From NCBI GenBank assembly GCA_029978325.1, contig JAPOJR010000004.1, positions 245 through 54,152 on the forward strand: a stretch of DNA of 53,908 bases, written 5' to 3'. Source of the stretch: Alphaproteobacteria bacterium. GTDB taxonomy: Bacteria; Pseudomonadota; Alphaproteobacteria; Bin95. Position 1 is the first letter of the stretch. Each line of letters opens with the position of its first letter. The translations under genes were made by a program, and so were the position numbers. This document shows positions 19,088 through 28,933 of this stretch, piece after piece. The notes below the pieces were generated by a model that was not told where the DNA came from, searched no databases, and saw only the letters and a program-made list of their open reading frames with translations.

Positions 19088-19783
19088 TTAAGCGTCTTTG
19101 GCTGAACCCGCCATGACCCGATAGATGCCGGCGCCGATCACGGCCCCGACCAGCGGTGCCACCCAGAACAGCCAGAGCTGATCCAGGGCCCAGCTGCCCT
19201 GGAAGATCGCCTGGCTGGTCGAGCGCGCCGGATTAACCGAGGTGTTGGTGACCGGAATGGAGATCAGGTGGATCAGGCAGAGGGCCAACCCGATCGGGAT
19301 CGGCGCAAAGCCTGCCGGGGCGCGTCCATCAGTTGCACCCAGGATGACGATCAGGAAGCCTGCGGTCAGAACAACCTCAATCACCAGGGCCGCCACCATG
19401 CTGTATTTGCCGGGTGAATGTTCACCATAGCCGTTGGCGGCAAAGCCGGCGCTGGCATCGAAGCCGCCGGCACCACTGGCGATGACATAGAGGACGGCCG
19501 CCGCAGCCAGCGCGCCCAAAACCTGGGCGATGACGTATCCGGGCAGATCTGAAGCAGAAAACCGTCCGCCTACCAGAAGACCCAGCGAGACAGCCGGGTT
19601 GAAGTGGCCGCCACTGATATGGCCGACCGCGTAGGCCATCGTCAGTACGGTCAGGCCGAATGCCAGGGACACGCCCAGCAGACCGATACCGACATCAGGG
19701 AATGCTGCGGCCAGCACCGCGCTGCCGCAACCGCCGAAGACCAACCAGAAAGTCCCGACGAATTCCGCCATTAATTTGTTCAT
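19088..19783 (-). CDS. aqpZ: aquaporin Z
   Basis: [21 protein letters not shown], two NPA boxes (GHFNPAV, TSVNPAR), [18 protein letters not shown]. Confidence 0.96.
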   Translation of the reverse strand: MNKLMAEFVGTFWLVFGGCGSAVLAAAFPDVGIGLLGVSLAFGLTVLTMAYAVGHISGGHFNPAVSLGLLVGGRFSASDLPGYVIAQVLGALAAAAVLYVIASGAGGFDASAGFAANGYGEHSPGKYSMVAALVIEVVLTAGFLIVILGATDGRAPAGFAPIPIGLALCLIHLISIPVTNTSVNPARSTSQAIFQGSWALDQLWLFWVAPLVGAVIGAGIYRVMAGSAKDA

Positions 19784-19962
19784 ATTGTGGCCTTTCTGCC
19801 TTAGTTAACTGAAATGATTCGATGCGAATATTGATTGACGCACAGTCTACAAAAGATTCAACTGGATTATTTATGCCACAATCTCTCCGCGATCCGCCGA
19901 CAGCCTAATACACCGGCTTCCGGAGGTCCGGACCGGTGCATCAGCATCGCCGGTAAGGCGCC

Positions 19963-20727
19963 TCAGTTTCGGGTCTTTTTCGCCAGAAACGTATCGATAA
20001 AGGCCTGCGGCTCGCCGGTGGCGAAGGCTTCCTGTTGCCCCAGAACGCCGGCACGGAAGGCCTCTTCGAAGCCTTTCAGCGCCACCTCGCGGAAGCGTTT
20101 CTTGGTGCGGGCCCAGGCGACTGAGTATTTGCCGGCCAGATGTTCCGCCAGTTCGCAGGCGGTCGGCACCACCTGGTCCGGCGCGACAACGCGGTTGAAG
20201 ATGCCATACCGGGTCGCCTCCGCCGCGTCCATCAGGCGGCCGGTCATTGACAGTTCCTGGTTCAGCGACCAGCCCAGATGCAGGCTGATCCAATAGCTGC
20301 CCATGACACTGGGGATGCCGGCGTTAATCTCTGGCTGGCCAACACGGACGCCGGCATGGGCCACCCGCAAATCACTGACGAGCGCGATCTGAAAACCGCC
20401 ACCGGTGGCGATGCCGTTCAGCGCCGCGATGACGGGTTTCTCAGTCAAAAGGATCTGCTTGTAGACGTTGCAGATCGTGCCAAATGTTTGCTCGACCTGA
20501 TGCACCTCAGTGGCGCGGGCCTCGACCAGGTCCAGGCCGGCGCAAAATGCTCGATCCCCCGCTCCACTCAGTACGATGCCTTTGACTGTTGCATCTGCAT
20601 CGAGCGCGACAAGCGTTTCTGCCGTCTCGCGCGCCATCTGTTGGGTCAGAGCGTTCAAGTTGTCGGGCCGATTAAAGCGCAGCACTGCAATCGTGCCGCG
20701 CTTCTCCACCAGGACGGTATCGCTCAT
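19963..20727 (-). CDS. enoyl-CoA hydratase/isomerase (crotonase) family protein
   Basis: NRPDNLNAL, FCAGLDL, KPVIAALNG...GGGFQIAL, QPEINAGI. Confidence 0.88.
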   Translation of the reverse strand: MSDTVLVEKRGTIAVLRFNRPDNLNALTQQMARETAETLVALDADATVKGIVLSGAGDRAFCAGLDLVEARATEVHQVEQTFGTICNVYKQILLTEKPVIAALNGIATGGGFQIALVSDLRVAHAGVRVGQPEINAGIPSVMGSYWISLHLGWSLNQELSMTGRLMDAAEATRYGIFNRVVAPDQVVPTACELAEHLAGKYSVAWARTKKRFREVALKGFEEAFRAGVLGQQEAFATGEPQAFIDTFLAKKTRN

Positions 20728-22151
20728 TGCGGCAACTCTGGCGCTTTCGCTGCAAAGTCGGTCGCGGCCTCATAAGCGGCGGCGGTTCGGTAGAGCGCCG
20801 CTTCCGCGAACGGCTTGCCGATCAGCTGGAACGACGCGGGCAGGCCGTTGGCGGTAAAGCCAGCCGGCACGCTTAGCGTTGGCAGTGCCAGGAAGTTGAG
20901 CGGGCGTGTGCAATAACTGACGCGCGCCAGAAGCGCCGCAAAGCCCTGACGGTCGCTCATGTCGGTCTCCTCGATGGTGGGGATCGGCATGTCGAAGGTC
21001 GGGGCGTGCAGCACGTCGCAATCGGCAAACGCCGCGTCGCAAAATTCGCGAACCATTCTAGGGCGGCTTTGGACGGCGGTCAGGTAGTCGGTCGCGCTGA
21101 CCGCGAACCCTGCTTCCAGCCGGGCGCGGGCCTGGGAGCCATAGTCCTGAGGCCGGGTGCGGAGCCAGTGGCCATGCAGGGTGGCGGCTTCACTGGCGGT
21201 GATGATGTTGGCGATGTCGATGTTAGGATCGGGATTTGGGATGGCGACCGGTTTGATTTCAGCGCCCAGCGCCTCGAAGACCCGAAGTGATGCGTCCATC
21301 AGCGATCCGACCTCAGGGTCGAGGTTTGCCCGGTAGTAGGTTTCCGGCACGCCGATCCGCAGTCCCTTGACGTCTGCATCGATGCAGGCGGCCTCGAAAT
21401 CGGGAACCGCGCGGCGGCTACAGGTCGGGTCGTTTGGATCCGCGCCAGAGATGATCCCGTACAGGCGGGCGTTGTCGCGGACCGTTCGGGTCAGCGGGCC
21501 GATAGTGTCATGGGTGAAAGACAGTCCCATAGCGCCATAGCGGCTAACCCGGCCGTAACTGGGCTTTATGCCGACCAGGCCGTTTGCGCCGGCGGGCAGG
21601 CGGATGCTGCCGCCGGTGTCGGAGCCAAGCGCGCCAAAGCTGATACGCGCCGCGGTTGAGGCACCGGAGCCGCTGGAGGAGCCACCCGTGATGTGCGCCG
21701 GGTTCCAGGGGTTGCGGCAATGCCCCCAATGCTCGTTGTGCCCCGTGGGGCCCAACGCGAATTCGGCCATGTTTAGCCCGCCCAGATAAACAGCGCCGGC
21801 GCTATCCAACCGTTGCAGTACCGTCGCGGTGTAATCAGGCCGGAAATCCTTGCGGATTTTCGAACCGCAGGTTGCCAGCATGCCGGCGCGGTAGAACATG
21901 TCCTTATGGGCCATCGGCACGCCGGCCAGCGGGCCAAGCGTATCGCCACGGGCGCGGGCGGCGTCGACGGCATCGGCCATTTGCAGCGCCAGGTCAGCCT
22001 CCAGGTGAATGAAGGCGTTGATTTTCGGCTGCCATTGTCTGATGCGGGCAAGAATGGCCACGGTCAGCTCGCGCGAGGAAATGTCGCCAGCTGCGACGGC
22101 ATCTGCGGCCTCGGTCAGGCTCCAGAGGCAAGGGTCGGCGGATTTAGTCAT
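20724..22151 (-). CDS. amidase-signature family amidase (GatA/AtzE-like)
   Basis: GPLAGVPMAHKD (Lys), GGSSSGS, GSDTGGSIRLPA: the Ser-cisSer-Lys triad is present. Confidence 0.92.
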   Translation of the reverse strand: MTKSADPCLWSLTEAADAVAAGDISSRELTVAILARIRQWQPKINAFIHLEADLALQMADAVDAARARGDTLGPLAGVPMAHKDMFYRAGMLATCGSKIRKDFRPDYTATVLQRLDSAGAVYLGGLNMAEFALGPTGHNEHWGHCRNPWNPAHITGGSSSGSGASTAARISFGALGSDTGGSIRLPAGANGLVGIKPSYGRVSRYGAMGLSFTHDTIGPLTRTVRDNARLYGIISGADPNDPTCSRRAVPDFEAACIDADVKGLRIGVPETYYRANLDPEVGSLMDASLRVFEALGAEIKPVAIPNPDPNIDIANIITASEAATLHGHWLRTRPQDYGSQARARLEAGFAVSATDYLTAVQSRPRMVREFCDAAFADCDVLHAPTFDMPIPTIEETDMSDRQGFAALLARVSYCTRPLNFLALPTLSVPAGFTANGLPASFQLIGKPFAEAALYRTAAAYEAATDFAAKAPELPQ

Positions 22152-22338
22152 CGGCCAGCTGCTCCAGCACCGCGAAAATTTGTGCAGGCTCGGTGTCGAA
22201 CATCGACCCCGGAGCCAGCCGTTCCAGGCTGTCTTTGGCGCGGCTCAGCATGCGGACGGCGCGGTCGGCGCTATCGCGGCCGCCGGCATAGCCTTGTCCT
22301 TGGGTCAGCCAAGCCTGCATTTGATCTCGGTCAATCAT
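22144..22338 (-). CDS. 64-aa protein, candidate small accessory subunit of the downstream amidase
   Basis: RBS GGGAG upstream of the ATG and an 8-bp overlap with the amidase start. Helical-looking sequence ending FDTEPAQIFAVL. Confidence 0.65.
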   Translation of the reverse strand: MIDRDQMQAWLTQGQGYAGGRDSADRAVRMLSRAKDSLERLAPGSMFDTEPAQIFAVLEQLADD

Positions 22339-22361
22339 CGGTCACTCCCATGCGGTATAGT
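22321..22361 (+). promoter_or_regulatory. FNR/FixK-type box plus -10 element (class II promoter) for the DUF2189 gene
   Basis: TTGATCTCGGTCAA at 22321-22334 (one mismatch to TTGAT-N4-ATCAA), TATAGT at 22356-22361, AGGAGG at 22393-22398, ATG at 22406. Confidence 0.6.
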
Positions 22362-22405
22362 CGCACTCTAGGCATAGTTTGCGCGCCAGACCAGGAGGCA
22401 ACGCC

Positions 22406-23209
22406 ATGCAAAAGCCAGTAACGCAAATGCCCGTAACCCCGTCGTCGGGAGCCGCCGGCCTGCCGGTGCGCGACCTACCCTTCGATGCGCCATGGGAGTG
22501 GTTGGCGGACGGTTGGCGCGACCTGTGGCGGGTTTGGCCGATTTCGTTGGCCTATGGCGCAGTGTTCGCCATGGTGGCGCTGGCCTTGCTGATCGGACTG
22601 TTCATGCAAGGCGGTCAGGCGATCATTTTCACGCTGGCGGCGGGCTTCCTGTTGCTGGGGCCGATTCTGGCCGTAGGCCTTTACGAAGCCAGCCGGCGCC
22701 TGGCTGCGACCGAGCCGGTCTCGTTTACTGCCGTGGCGTTTGTGCGTACGGCGTCGCCGATGCAGCTGGCCTATCTGGGCGTGGCGCTGATGCTGCTGTT
22801 TTTGTTTTGGGTAAAGTTCGCGATGCTGTTGTTCGCCCTATTCTTCGGCCAAGCACCGTTCCCGCCGCTGACCGATCTGCCGGCGACGCTCCTGCTGACC
22901 AGCCATGGATTGGGGTTGCTGGTGGTTGGCTCTGCTATCGGCGCCGGACTGGCTATTGTTGCCTTTACCCTATCGGCGGTTAGCGTGCCGCTGCTGATGG
23001 ACCAGCGCACAGACTTTTTCACTGCAATCGCCACCAGCATCAAGGCTGTGACACAAAATCCCAAAGCGATGTTGTTGTGGGCGGGATTAATCGCCGGGCT
23101 GACAGCCCTGGGCATGGTGACGCTGTTCGTCGGCCTGGTGATTGCGTTCCCGCTGATTGGCCATGCCACCTGGCACGCATACCGCGCTATCGTCGTTTTG
23201 CCGGAATGA
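22406..23209 (+). CDS. DUF2189 family integral membrane protein
   Basis: PWEWLADGWRDL, GFLLLGPILAVGLYEASRR, PLIGHATWHAYR. Strong RBS. Confidence 0.88.
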   Translation: MQKPVTQMPVTPSSGAAGLPVRDLPFDAPWEWLADGWRDLWRVWPISLAYGAVFAMVALALLIGLFMQGGQAIIFTLAAGFLLLGPILAVGLYEASRRLAATEPVSFTAVAFVRTASPMQLAYLGVALMLLFLFWVKFAMLLFALFFGQAPFPPLTDLPATLLLTSHGLGLLVVGSAIGAGLAIVAFTLSAVSVPLLMDQRTDFFTAIATSIKAVTQNPKAMLLWAGLIAGLTALGMVTLFVGLVIAFPLIGHATWHAYRAIVVLPE

Positions 23210-23255
23210 ATCCCGAGACGCGCGGGCGGAGTGGTCTGGATCAGAGTGCTTGGCT

Positions 23256-24659
23256 TTAGCCCAGGCGGTTGATGCCATCGAATGCCGCGATCTTGTAGCA
23301 TTCGGCCAGGGTCGGGTAGTTGAAAACGTTTTCGACGAAATAGTCGATCTTGCCCTTATGCGCCATCACCGCCTGGCCAATATGCACCAGTTCGCTGGCG
23401 CCCTCGCCGATGATCATCACCCCCAACAGCTCGCGGGTTTCGATGTGGAACATCAGTTTCAGGAAGCCAGAGGAATCGCCCAGGATCATTCCGCGGCAGA
23501 CCTCGCGGTAGGCGGCTTTGCCGACCTCGTACGGCACGCCGGCCTCGGTTAGCTGCTCTTCGCTGGCCCCGACGGTCGAGATTTCCGGAATGGTGTAGAT
23601 GCCATAGGGAAAATGCTCCGCCATTTTAATGCAGTGCTGGCTGATGGCGTGGTTGGCGGCGATGCGGCCCTGTTCCATCGAAGTCGAAGCAAGGCTGGGA
23701 AAGCCGATGACATCGCCGACGGCGTAAACATTTTCGGTCGAAGTCCGGTAGTGCTCGTCCACGGTCAGGCGCCCGCGCGCATCTGGCTTTACCCCGATAT
23801 TTTCAAGCGCCAATCCGCCGACTGCGCCCGCACGGCCGACGGCATACAGCGCCTTGTGCGTGACGATGACCTTGCCGCTTGCCAGCCGGATCCGCACATG
23901 CTCGCCGCGGTCATCGTCATACTGGTCAACCCCTTCAACGCCTTCGCCAAGACGCAGCGTCACGCGGTTCTGGCGCATCTGATAAACCAGATGGTCGGCA
24001 ATCTCGCGATCGACAAAGTCCAGCAATTGCGGACGTTTTTCGATCAGGGTGACGCGCACGCCTAGCGCCGCGAAAATGGTCGCGTATTCGCACCCGATGA
24101 CGCCGGCGCCGATGACGGCCAGTGACTTCGGTAATTCTTTCAGGGTCAGGATGTCGTCGCTGGTGAAGATGCGCTGGCCATCGAAGGGGATATGCGGATC
24201 GCGCGCTGTCGTGGTGCCGACGGCAAGCACAACCTGGTTCGCGGTGACTTCACGCACCCCGGTGCCGTCCACGGCGTTCAAGCGAAGCGTGTGCGGATCG
24301 AGGAAGGATGCTTCCGCCGCGAACAGATCGACGCCATTGCGGGAGAAATGGTGCCGGATTACGTCGATTTCGCGCTTGATCACCCAATCGGTGCGATAGA
24401 GTAGGTCTTCCATGGTAATGCGCTGTTTCAGCGTATAGGACGCCCCATACATGCCGCGTTCGCGGTATCCGGAAAGGTATAGCGCTGCTTCCCGAAAGCT
24501 TTTGGACGGGATCGTGCCGGTGTTGACGCAGACGCCGCCGACCACGGAGACGCGCTCGGCGATGCCAACGTTCTTGCCGGCTTTGGCGGCAGCTATTGCT
24601 GCCCGCTGGCCGCCTGGGCCAGACCCGATGACGAACAGGTCGTAGTCAAACTTCGCCAT
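23256..24659 (-). CDS. sthA: soluble pyridine nucleotide transhydrogenase
   Basis: IGSGPGGQRAA, GGVCVNTGTIPSK (CxxxxT), GAGVIGCEYA, GIYTIPEIS, FNYPTLAECYKIAA. Confidence 0.95.
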   Translation of the reverse strand: MAKFDYDLFVIGSGPGGQRAAIAAAKAGKNVGIAERVSVVGGVCVNTGTIPSKSFREAALYLSGYRERGMYGASYTLKQRITMEDLLYRTDWVIKREIDVIRHHFSRNGVDLFAAEASFLDPHTLRLNAVDGTGVREVTANQVVLAVGTTTARDPHIPFDGQRIFTSDDILTLKELPKSLAVIGAGVIGCEYATIFAALGVRVTLIEKRPQLLDFVDREIADHLVYQMRQNRVTLRLGEGVEGVDQYDDDRGEHVRIRLASGKVIVTHKALYAVGRAGAVGGLALENIGVKPDARGRLTVDEHYRTSTENVYAVGDVIGFPSLASTSMEQGRIAANHAISQHCIKMAEHFPYGIYTIPEISTVGASEEQLTEAGVPYEVGKAAYREVCRGMILGDSSGFLKLMFHIETRELLGVMIIGEGASELVHIGQAVMAHKGKIDYFVENVFNYPTLAECYKIAAFDGINRLG

Positions 24660-24974
24660 TTTACGTCCTCGCGACAAGTTCTGTTGGGTTTGCCCCGTGA
24701 ATTTGCCATGCCCATTGGAAATGGTGGATCCCGCTGGCCAGGGCATCGACGCCCGATCTTTTCTGGCCTGGTGCGGCAGCATCCTGATGAATGGAGGATG
24801 GTTACCATTGAAACGTTACAGAATCGGTAAATCCAGGCAAAGAACCGTTAAATCTTGCCCGAAGTTGTGTCCATTCACGGAAAGCTGACTCGTGTGTGTT
24901 TACCACAAGGCTTAGTTTAGAGCCAGATGACGAAACCGCCAGTAGGGCGGGGCCCGCATTAGAGGAGCATTGGG

Positions 24975-25736
24975 TTGGCTCACAATATACCAGAAACATT
25001 GATAGGCCGAGCGAGGCCCTGGCTGTTGCTGGCGGCGCTGGCTGCGGCGTTCGGGCTCTTTTTCGCCTATGATCTGGACAAAGTGCTGACGTTCGGCCGA
25101 CTGGCGGCGGAGCGGGGTCATTTGAGTGCATGGGTTAGCGCTAACCCGGTATTGGCGACCGTCGGCTTTGGCCTGCTCTATGCTGGTGTCACATTGCTGT
25201 CTCTGCCGGTGGGGGCCGTGGTGACGCTGGGGATTGGCTTTCTGCTGGGGACCGCCTGGGGCAGTGCGGTGGTGGTCGTCGGCGCGACCGCCGGCGCAAC
25301 GGGCCTGTTTCTGCTTGCTCGCTCTGCATTCGGCACAAGTTGGCGCGGGTCGGTCGAGCGGGTGCTGTCCAAACTCGACGCGGGCTTTCACGACAATGCG
25401 TTTCAGTATCTTTTGATCCTGCGATTAATTCCTGTGGTGCCGTTCTTCGTCTTGAACATCGTGCCAGCCTTTGTCGGGATATCGTTGCGCCAGTACGTGC
25501 TGGCAACCTTCCTCGGTATCCTGCCCGGCACTGTCGTCTATTGTAGTGTTGGCGCGGGCCTGGGCGTTGTGTTCGACCGAGGGGAAGTGCCCGGGCTAGA
25601 GCTGTTGAAGGATCCGGTCCTGATTTTGCCGCTGGCCGGGTTGGCGCTGCTGGCCGCGCTGCCGGTGATTTACAAGCGGGTGCGCGGCAGCAAGGCCGTG
25701 CCGCCGCCGGTTATAACCTCCAGAATCACCCGCTAG
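24975..25736 (+). CDS. TVP38/TMEM64 (DedA-superfamily, VTT domain) membrane protein
   Basis: GATAGATGLFLLAR, YLLILRLIPVVPFFVLN, ATFLGILPGT. RBS GAGGAG before the TTG start. Confidence 0.9.
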   Translation: MAHNIPETLIGRARPWLLLAALAAAFGLFFAYDLDKVLTFGRLAAERGHLSAWVSANPVLATVGFGLLYAGVTLLSLPVGAVVTLGIGFLLGTAWGSAVVVVGATAGATGLFLLARSAFGTSWRGSVERVLSKLDAGFHDNAFQYLLILRLIPVVPFFVLNIVPAFVGISLRQYVLATFLGILPGTVVYCSVGAGLGVVFDRGEVPGLELLKDPVLILPLAGLALLAALPVIYKRVRGSKAVPPPVITSRITR

Positions 25737-25755
25737 TCCATGTGAGTGTGAAGCG

Positions 25756-27132
25756 ATGACGGTATTGAAACCGGACATTTGCGTGCTGGGCGCCGGCTCC
25801 GGTGGGTTGGTCGTGGCCGCTGGCGCCGCGCAGATGGGGGCCAGCGTTGTGTTGTTGGAGCCGCACAAGATGGGCGGCGACTGCCTGAACTACGGCTGTG
25901 TCCCGTCGAAGGCGCTGCTCGCGGCTGCGGCCTCACACCCTCGCCCCACCTATAGGGAAGCGATGGCGCGGGTGAGAGCGGCCATAGCGACGATCGAGCC
26001 AAACGACTCGGTGGAGCGGTTCGAGGGGTTGGGCGTGCGGGTCATCCGGCAGGCCGGGCGGTTCCTGGATGCCCGTACTGTTGAGGCAGCGGACGGGACA
26101 TGCATAAAGGCCAGGCGGTTCGTGGTCGCCACCGGCTCTCACGCGACGATCCCGGCGGTGCCTGGGCTGGACGGTGTGCCATACCTAACCAATGAAACGC
26201 TTTGGGACCTGCAAGCGGCGCCGGCGCATTTGGTGGTGATCGGCGGCGGGCCCATCGGGTGCGAGATGGCGCTGGCGCATCGGCGCCTGGGCAGCCGGGT
26301 GACGGTGCTGGAGCGTGGCTCGCTGCTGTCGCGGGACGAGCCGGAACTGGTTGAGGTGGTCCGCCGCCGCCTGTTGGCGGAGGGCATTGCTGTCCACGAG
26401 GGTATCGGAGTTGATTCGGTCGAGCCGATGCCGGGCGGTGGCGTCCGGGTCCGTCTGTCGGATGGCGCCACTGCGGATGGCTCGCACCTGTTGGTGGCGG
26501 CCGGACGGCAGGCAACCGTCGACGGCCTGGCGCTGGATGCCGGGGAAATTCTGCTGGAGGGGGGCGCGATCCGCACCGATGCGGCGATGCGGACTACCAA
26601 TGCCCGTGTATTTGCCGTCGGGGATGTTGCCGGCGGGCCTCAATTCACCCATGCGGCCAGCTATCAGGCCGGGGTTGTGCTGAAGCGGTTGCTGTTTCAC
26701 CTGCCGGCCAAGGTGGACCACGGCCTGGTTCCATGGGCGACCTATACCGACCCGGAATTGTCGCACGTTGGCTTGACCGAGGCTGCGGCGCGCGAGAAGC
26801 ACGGCGATGCCGTGCGGGTACTGGTCTGGAAGATGGCGGAGAATGATCGCGCCATCGCCTCCGGCCGTACCGAAGGCCTGGTCAAGGTCGTGGTGACGAA
26901 ACAAGGCCGAATCCTTGGGGCATCCATCGCCGCGCCCAATGCCGGCGAATTGATCCTGCCCTGGTGCCTGGCGATACAGAACCGGTTGAAAATCGGTGCG
27001 ATGGCGCAGGTCGTGGCCCCCTATCCGACATTGTCGGAAGCATCAAAGCGGGTGGCCGGCAGCTTTTATACAGAGAGCCTGTTCTCGGAGCGCACCCGGC
27101 GAATCGTGCGCTGGCTGCAGAAGTTGCCGTAA
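25756..27132 (+). CDS. class I pyridine nucleotide-disulfide oxidoreductase (dihydrolipoamide dehydrogenase/mercuric reductase-like)
   Basis: GAGSGG, redox-active GGDCLNYGCVPSK, GGGPIGCE, TYTDPE, APYPTLSE. No C-terminal Cys-Cys. Confidence 0.9.
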   Translation: MTVLKPDICVLGAGSGGLVVAAGAAQMGASVVLLEPHKMGGDCLNYGCVPSKALLAAAASHPRPTYREAMARVRAAIATIEPNDSVERFEGLGVRVIRQAGRFLDARTVEAADGTCIKARRFVVATGSHATIPAVPGLDGVPYLTNETLWDLQAAPAHLVVIGGGPIGCEMALAHRRLGSRVTVLERGSLLSRDEPELVEVVRRRLLAEGIAVHEGIGVDSVEPMPGGGVRVRLSDGATADGSHLLVAAGRQATVDGLALDAGEILLEGGAIRTDAAMRTTNARVFAVGDVAGGPQFTHAASYQAGVVLKRLLFHLPAKVDHGLVPWATYTDPELSHVGLTEAAAREKHGDAVRVLVWKMAENDRAIASGRTEGLVKVVVTKQGRILGASIAAPNAGELILPWCLAIQNRLKIGAMAQVVAPYPTLSEASKRVAGSFYTESLFSERTRRIVRWLQKLP

Positions 27133-27205
27133 GGGGCTTTTCACATGCGTGGGTTTGGGGGATGCTGGCGCCAGCCAATGATCCAACCTTGAGGACGCCC
27201 ATTCC

Positions 27206-28144
27206 ATGACCATTCTCGTTGTCGGCGGCGCCGGCTTTATCGGCCGCCGCATGATCCCGCTTCTCGTTGCGCGCGGTGAGAAGATCGTTTGTGCCGACAT
27301 CAACTTCTCCCTGGCGCAGCACATTTTCGAGCCGCTGGGCGATGCGGTGCGCATGGTTCGGGCGGACGTCACCCAATTCGACGACATGGTTCGGCTGGTG
27401 CACGAGGCGAAGCCGAAGACGCTGATGAACCTCAGCTATTTCATCGGCTCCGACATGCCGCCGCATGTGGCGACCAAGCTGAACGTGGTCGGCATGGACA
27501 ACTGCTTCGAAGCAGCGCGGCTTGGCGGCGTGCAGCATACGGTCTTCGCCTCGTCGCTGGCGGTCAGCGGCCAGCAGAAGAATTTCGGCGAGCGTCTGGT
27601 GAACGAAGACGATCCGAAATACGGCACGCTGCAATACGCCTTCAACAAGATCTTTAACGAGTTCCAGGCGCAGGACTACCGCGAGAAATACGGGATGACT
27701 ATCACTTGCGTCAGGCCCGCGAACGTCACCGGGCCGGACAAGGTGGATGGCTCCATCGATCACGTCCGCTGCATGGTGCTGCCGGCGCGCGGCCAGCCGG
27801 TCAGCTTCCCCTATGCCGATGCGACGCGCTGCCCGATCCATGTGGACGACATCGCCGAGGTCTTTGCCCGCGTTGCCACCAAGGACAAGCCGAAGCATAC
27901 CATCTATAACAGCGGCGGCCACACGATCAGCATGGGCGACCTCGCCAAGTTGGTGAAGGAGTTCCTGCCGGACGCGAAAATCACGTTCGAGCACGAGACG
28001 GGCGGCAAGGATGCCTCCGGCAACTATCTGATCGACAATTCGCGGCTGGTCGAGGAGTTCGAGCTGCAATACCCGCCGTTCCGGAACCGCGTGCGGCAGA
28101 TCATCAACACAGTGCGCCGCGAAGAGGGCCTGCCGGAGGTCTGA
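27206..28144 (+). CDS. NAD-dependent epimerase/dehydratase (extended SDR)
   Basis: GGAGFIG, FASSLAV, YAFNK (YxxxK), PIHVDDIA. Confidence 0.88.
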   Translation: MTILVVGGAGFIGRRMIPLLVARGEKIVCADINFSLAQHIFEPLGDAVRMVRADVTQFDDMVRLVHEAKPKTLMNLSYFIGSDMPPHVATKLNVVGMDNCFEAARLGGVQHTVFASSLAVSGQQKNFGERLVNEDDPKYGTLQYAFNKIFNEFQAQDYREKYGMTITCVRPANVTGPDKVDGSIDHVRCMVLPARGQPVSFPYADATRCPIHVDDIAEVFARVATKDKPKHTIYNSGGHTISMGDLAKLVKEFLPDAKITFEHETGGKDASGNYLIDNSRLVEEFELQYPPFRNRVRQIINTVRREEGLPEV

Positions 28145-28189
28145 CCGCGAGCTTGCTGCGCCATGCCGTTGCCGCGGTGCCCCATAAGG

Positions 28190-28933
28190 CTACCGCGGCC
28201 GCGCGCCGGCGTGGCGGATTTTGTCCTCCAGCACGCAATAGAGGATGGTCATCAGATAGCGCGGGCCGAGCTTGACGATGTTGAACTTGGACTCGCCGCC
28301 TTCACGGTCGCGCCAGCCATTCGGGACGACCTTGAACGTGGCGCCACGCTGCACCGCCTTGATCGACATTTCGATGGTCAGGTTGAAATCGGCCGAAACC
28401 AAGGGCTGGATGCTGTCCAGAACATCGCGGCGGAAGCCTTTGAAGCCATTAGTGTAGTCGTCATACGCCCGGCCGGCGGCCCAGGCGATCAGGCGGTTGC
28501 CCAGCCGGTTGAGGACCCGTTTGACCGGCGGATAACCCTGGACCCGTTCCGGATTGGAGAAGCGCGTGCCGAAGGCGCAGCCATAGCCTTCTTCCAGAAT
28601 GGCGCGGCCGTAGGCGACGATATCCTCCGGCAGGTCGGAGCCGTCGGCCATCGCAACCACGACGGCTTGCCCCCGCGTCGCCGCCAGCGCCGCCTTGACC
28701 GCCATGCCATAGCCGCCGGGGCCGGTGTTCTTGACCGGGCGCACGCCGGGAAACCGCGCGGCCAGTTCCTGCAATACCTTCCAGGTGTTGTCGCGGGACG
28801 CATCGTCGGCGATGACGATTTCCCAAGTCCAGCCGGTTGGCTCGAACGCCGCCACCATGGCCTCTACCGTGGCGACGATGGTGCTTTCCTCGTTGTAGGC
28901 CGGCACCGCTATGGAGAGTTGCACCTCGCTCAT
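28190..28933 (-). CDS. GT2 glycosyltransferase, polyprenyl-phosphate glycosyltransferase (Dpm1-like, soluble)
   Basis: VPAYNEE, IADDASRDNT, GGYGMAVKA, AMADGSD, FGTRF, DYTNGFKGFR, WRDREGGESKF. Confidence 0.88.
   Translation of the reverse strand: MSEVQLSIAVPAYNEESTIVATVEAMVAAFEPTGWTWEIVIADDASRDNTWKVLQELAARFPGVRPVKNTGPGGYGMAVKAALAATRGQAVVVAMADGSDLPEDIVAYGRAILEEGYGCAFGTRFSNPERVQGYPPVKRVLNRLGNRLIAWAAGRAYDDYTNGFKGFRRDVLDSIQPLVSADFNLTIEMSIKAVQRGATFKVVPNGWRDREGGESKFNIVKLGPRYLMTILYCVLEDKIRHAGARPR

Noticed and set aside
20724-22338. gatCA of the tRNA-dependent amidotransferase
   Set aside because: No gatB follows, and the small protein is shorter than GatC and lacks its recognisable pattern.
25756-27132. 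Mercuric reductase (merA) or lpdA call
   Set aside because: No C-terminal Cys-Cys, no NmerA domain or mer genes; the catalytic His of E3 is replaced and no 2-oxoacid dehydrogenase genes are adjacent.
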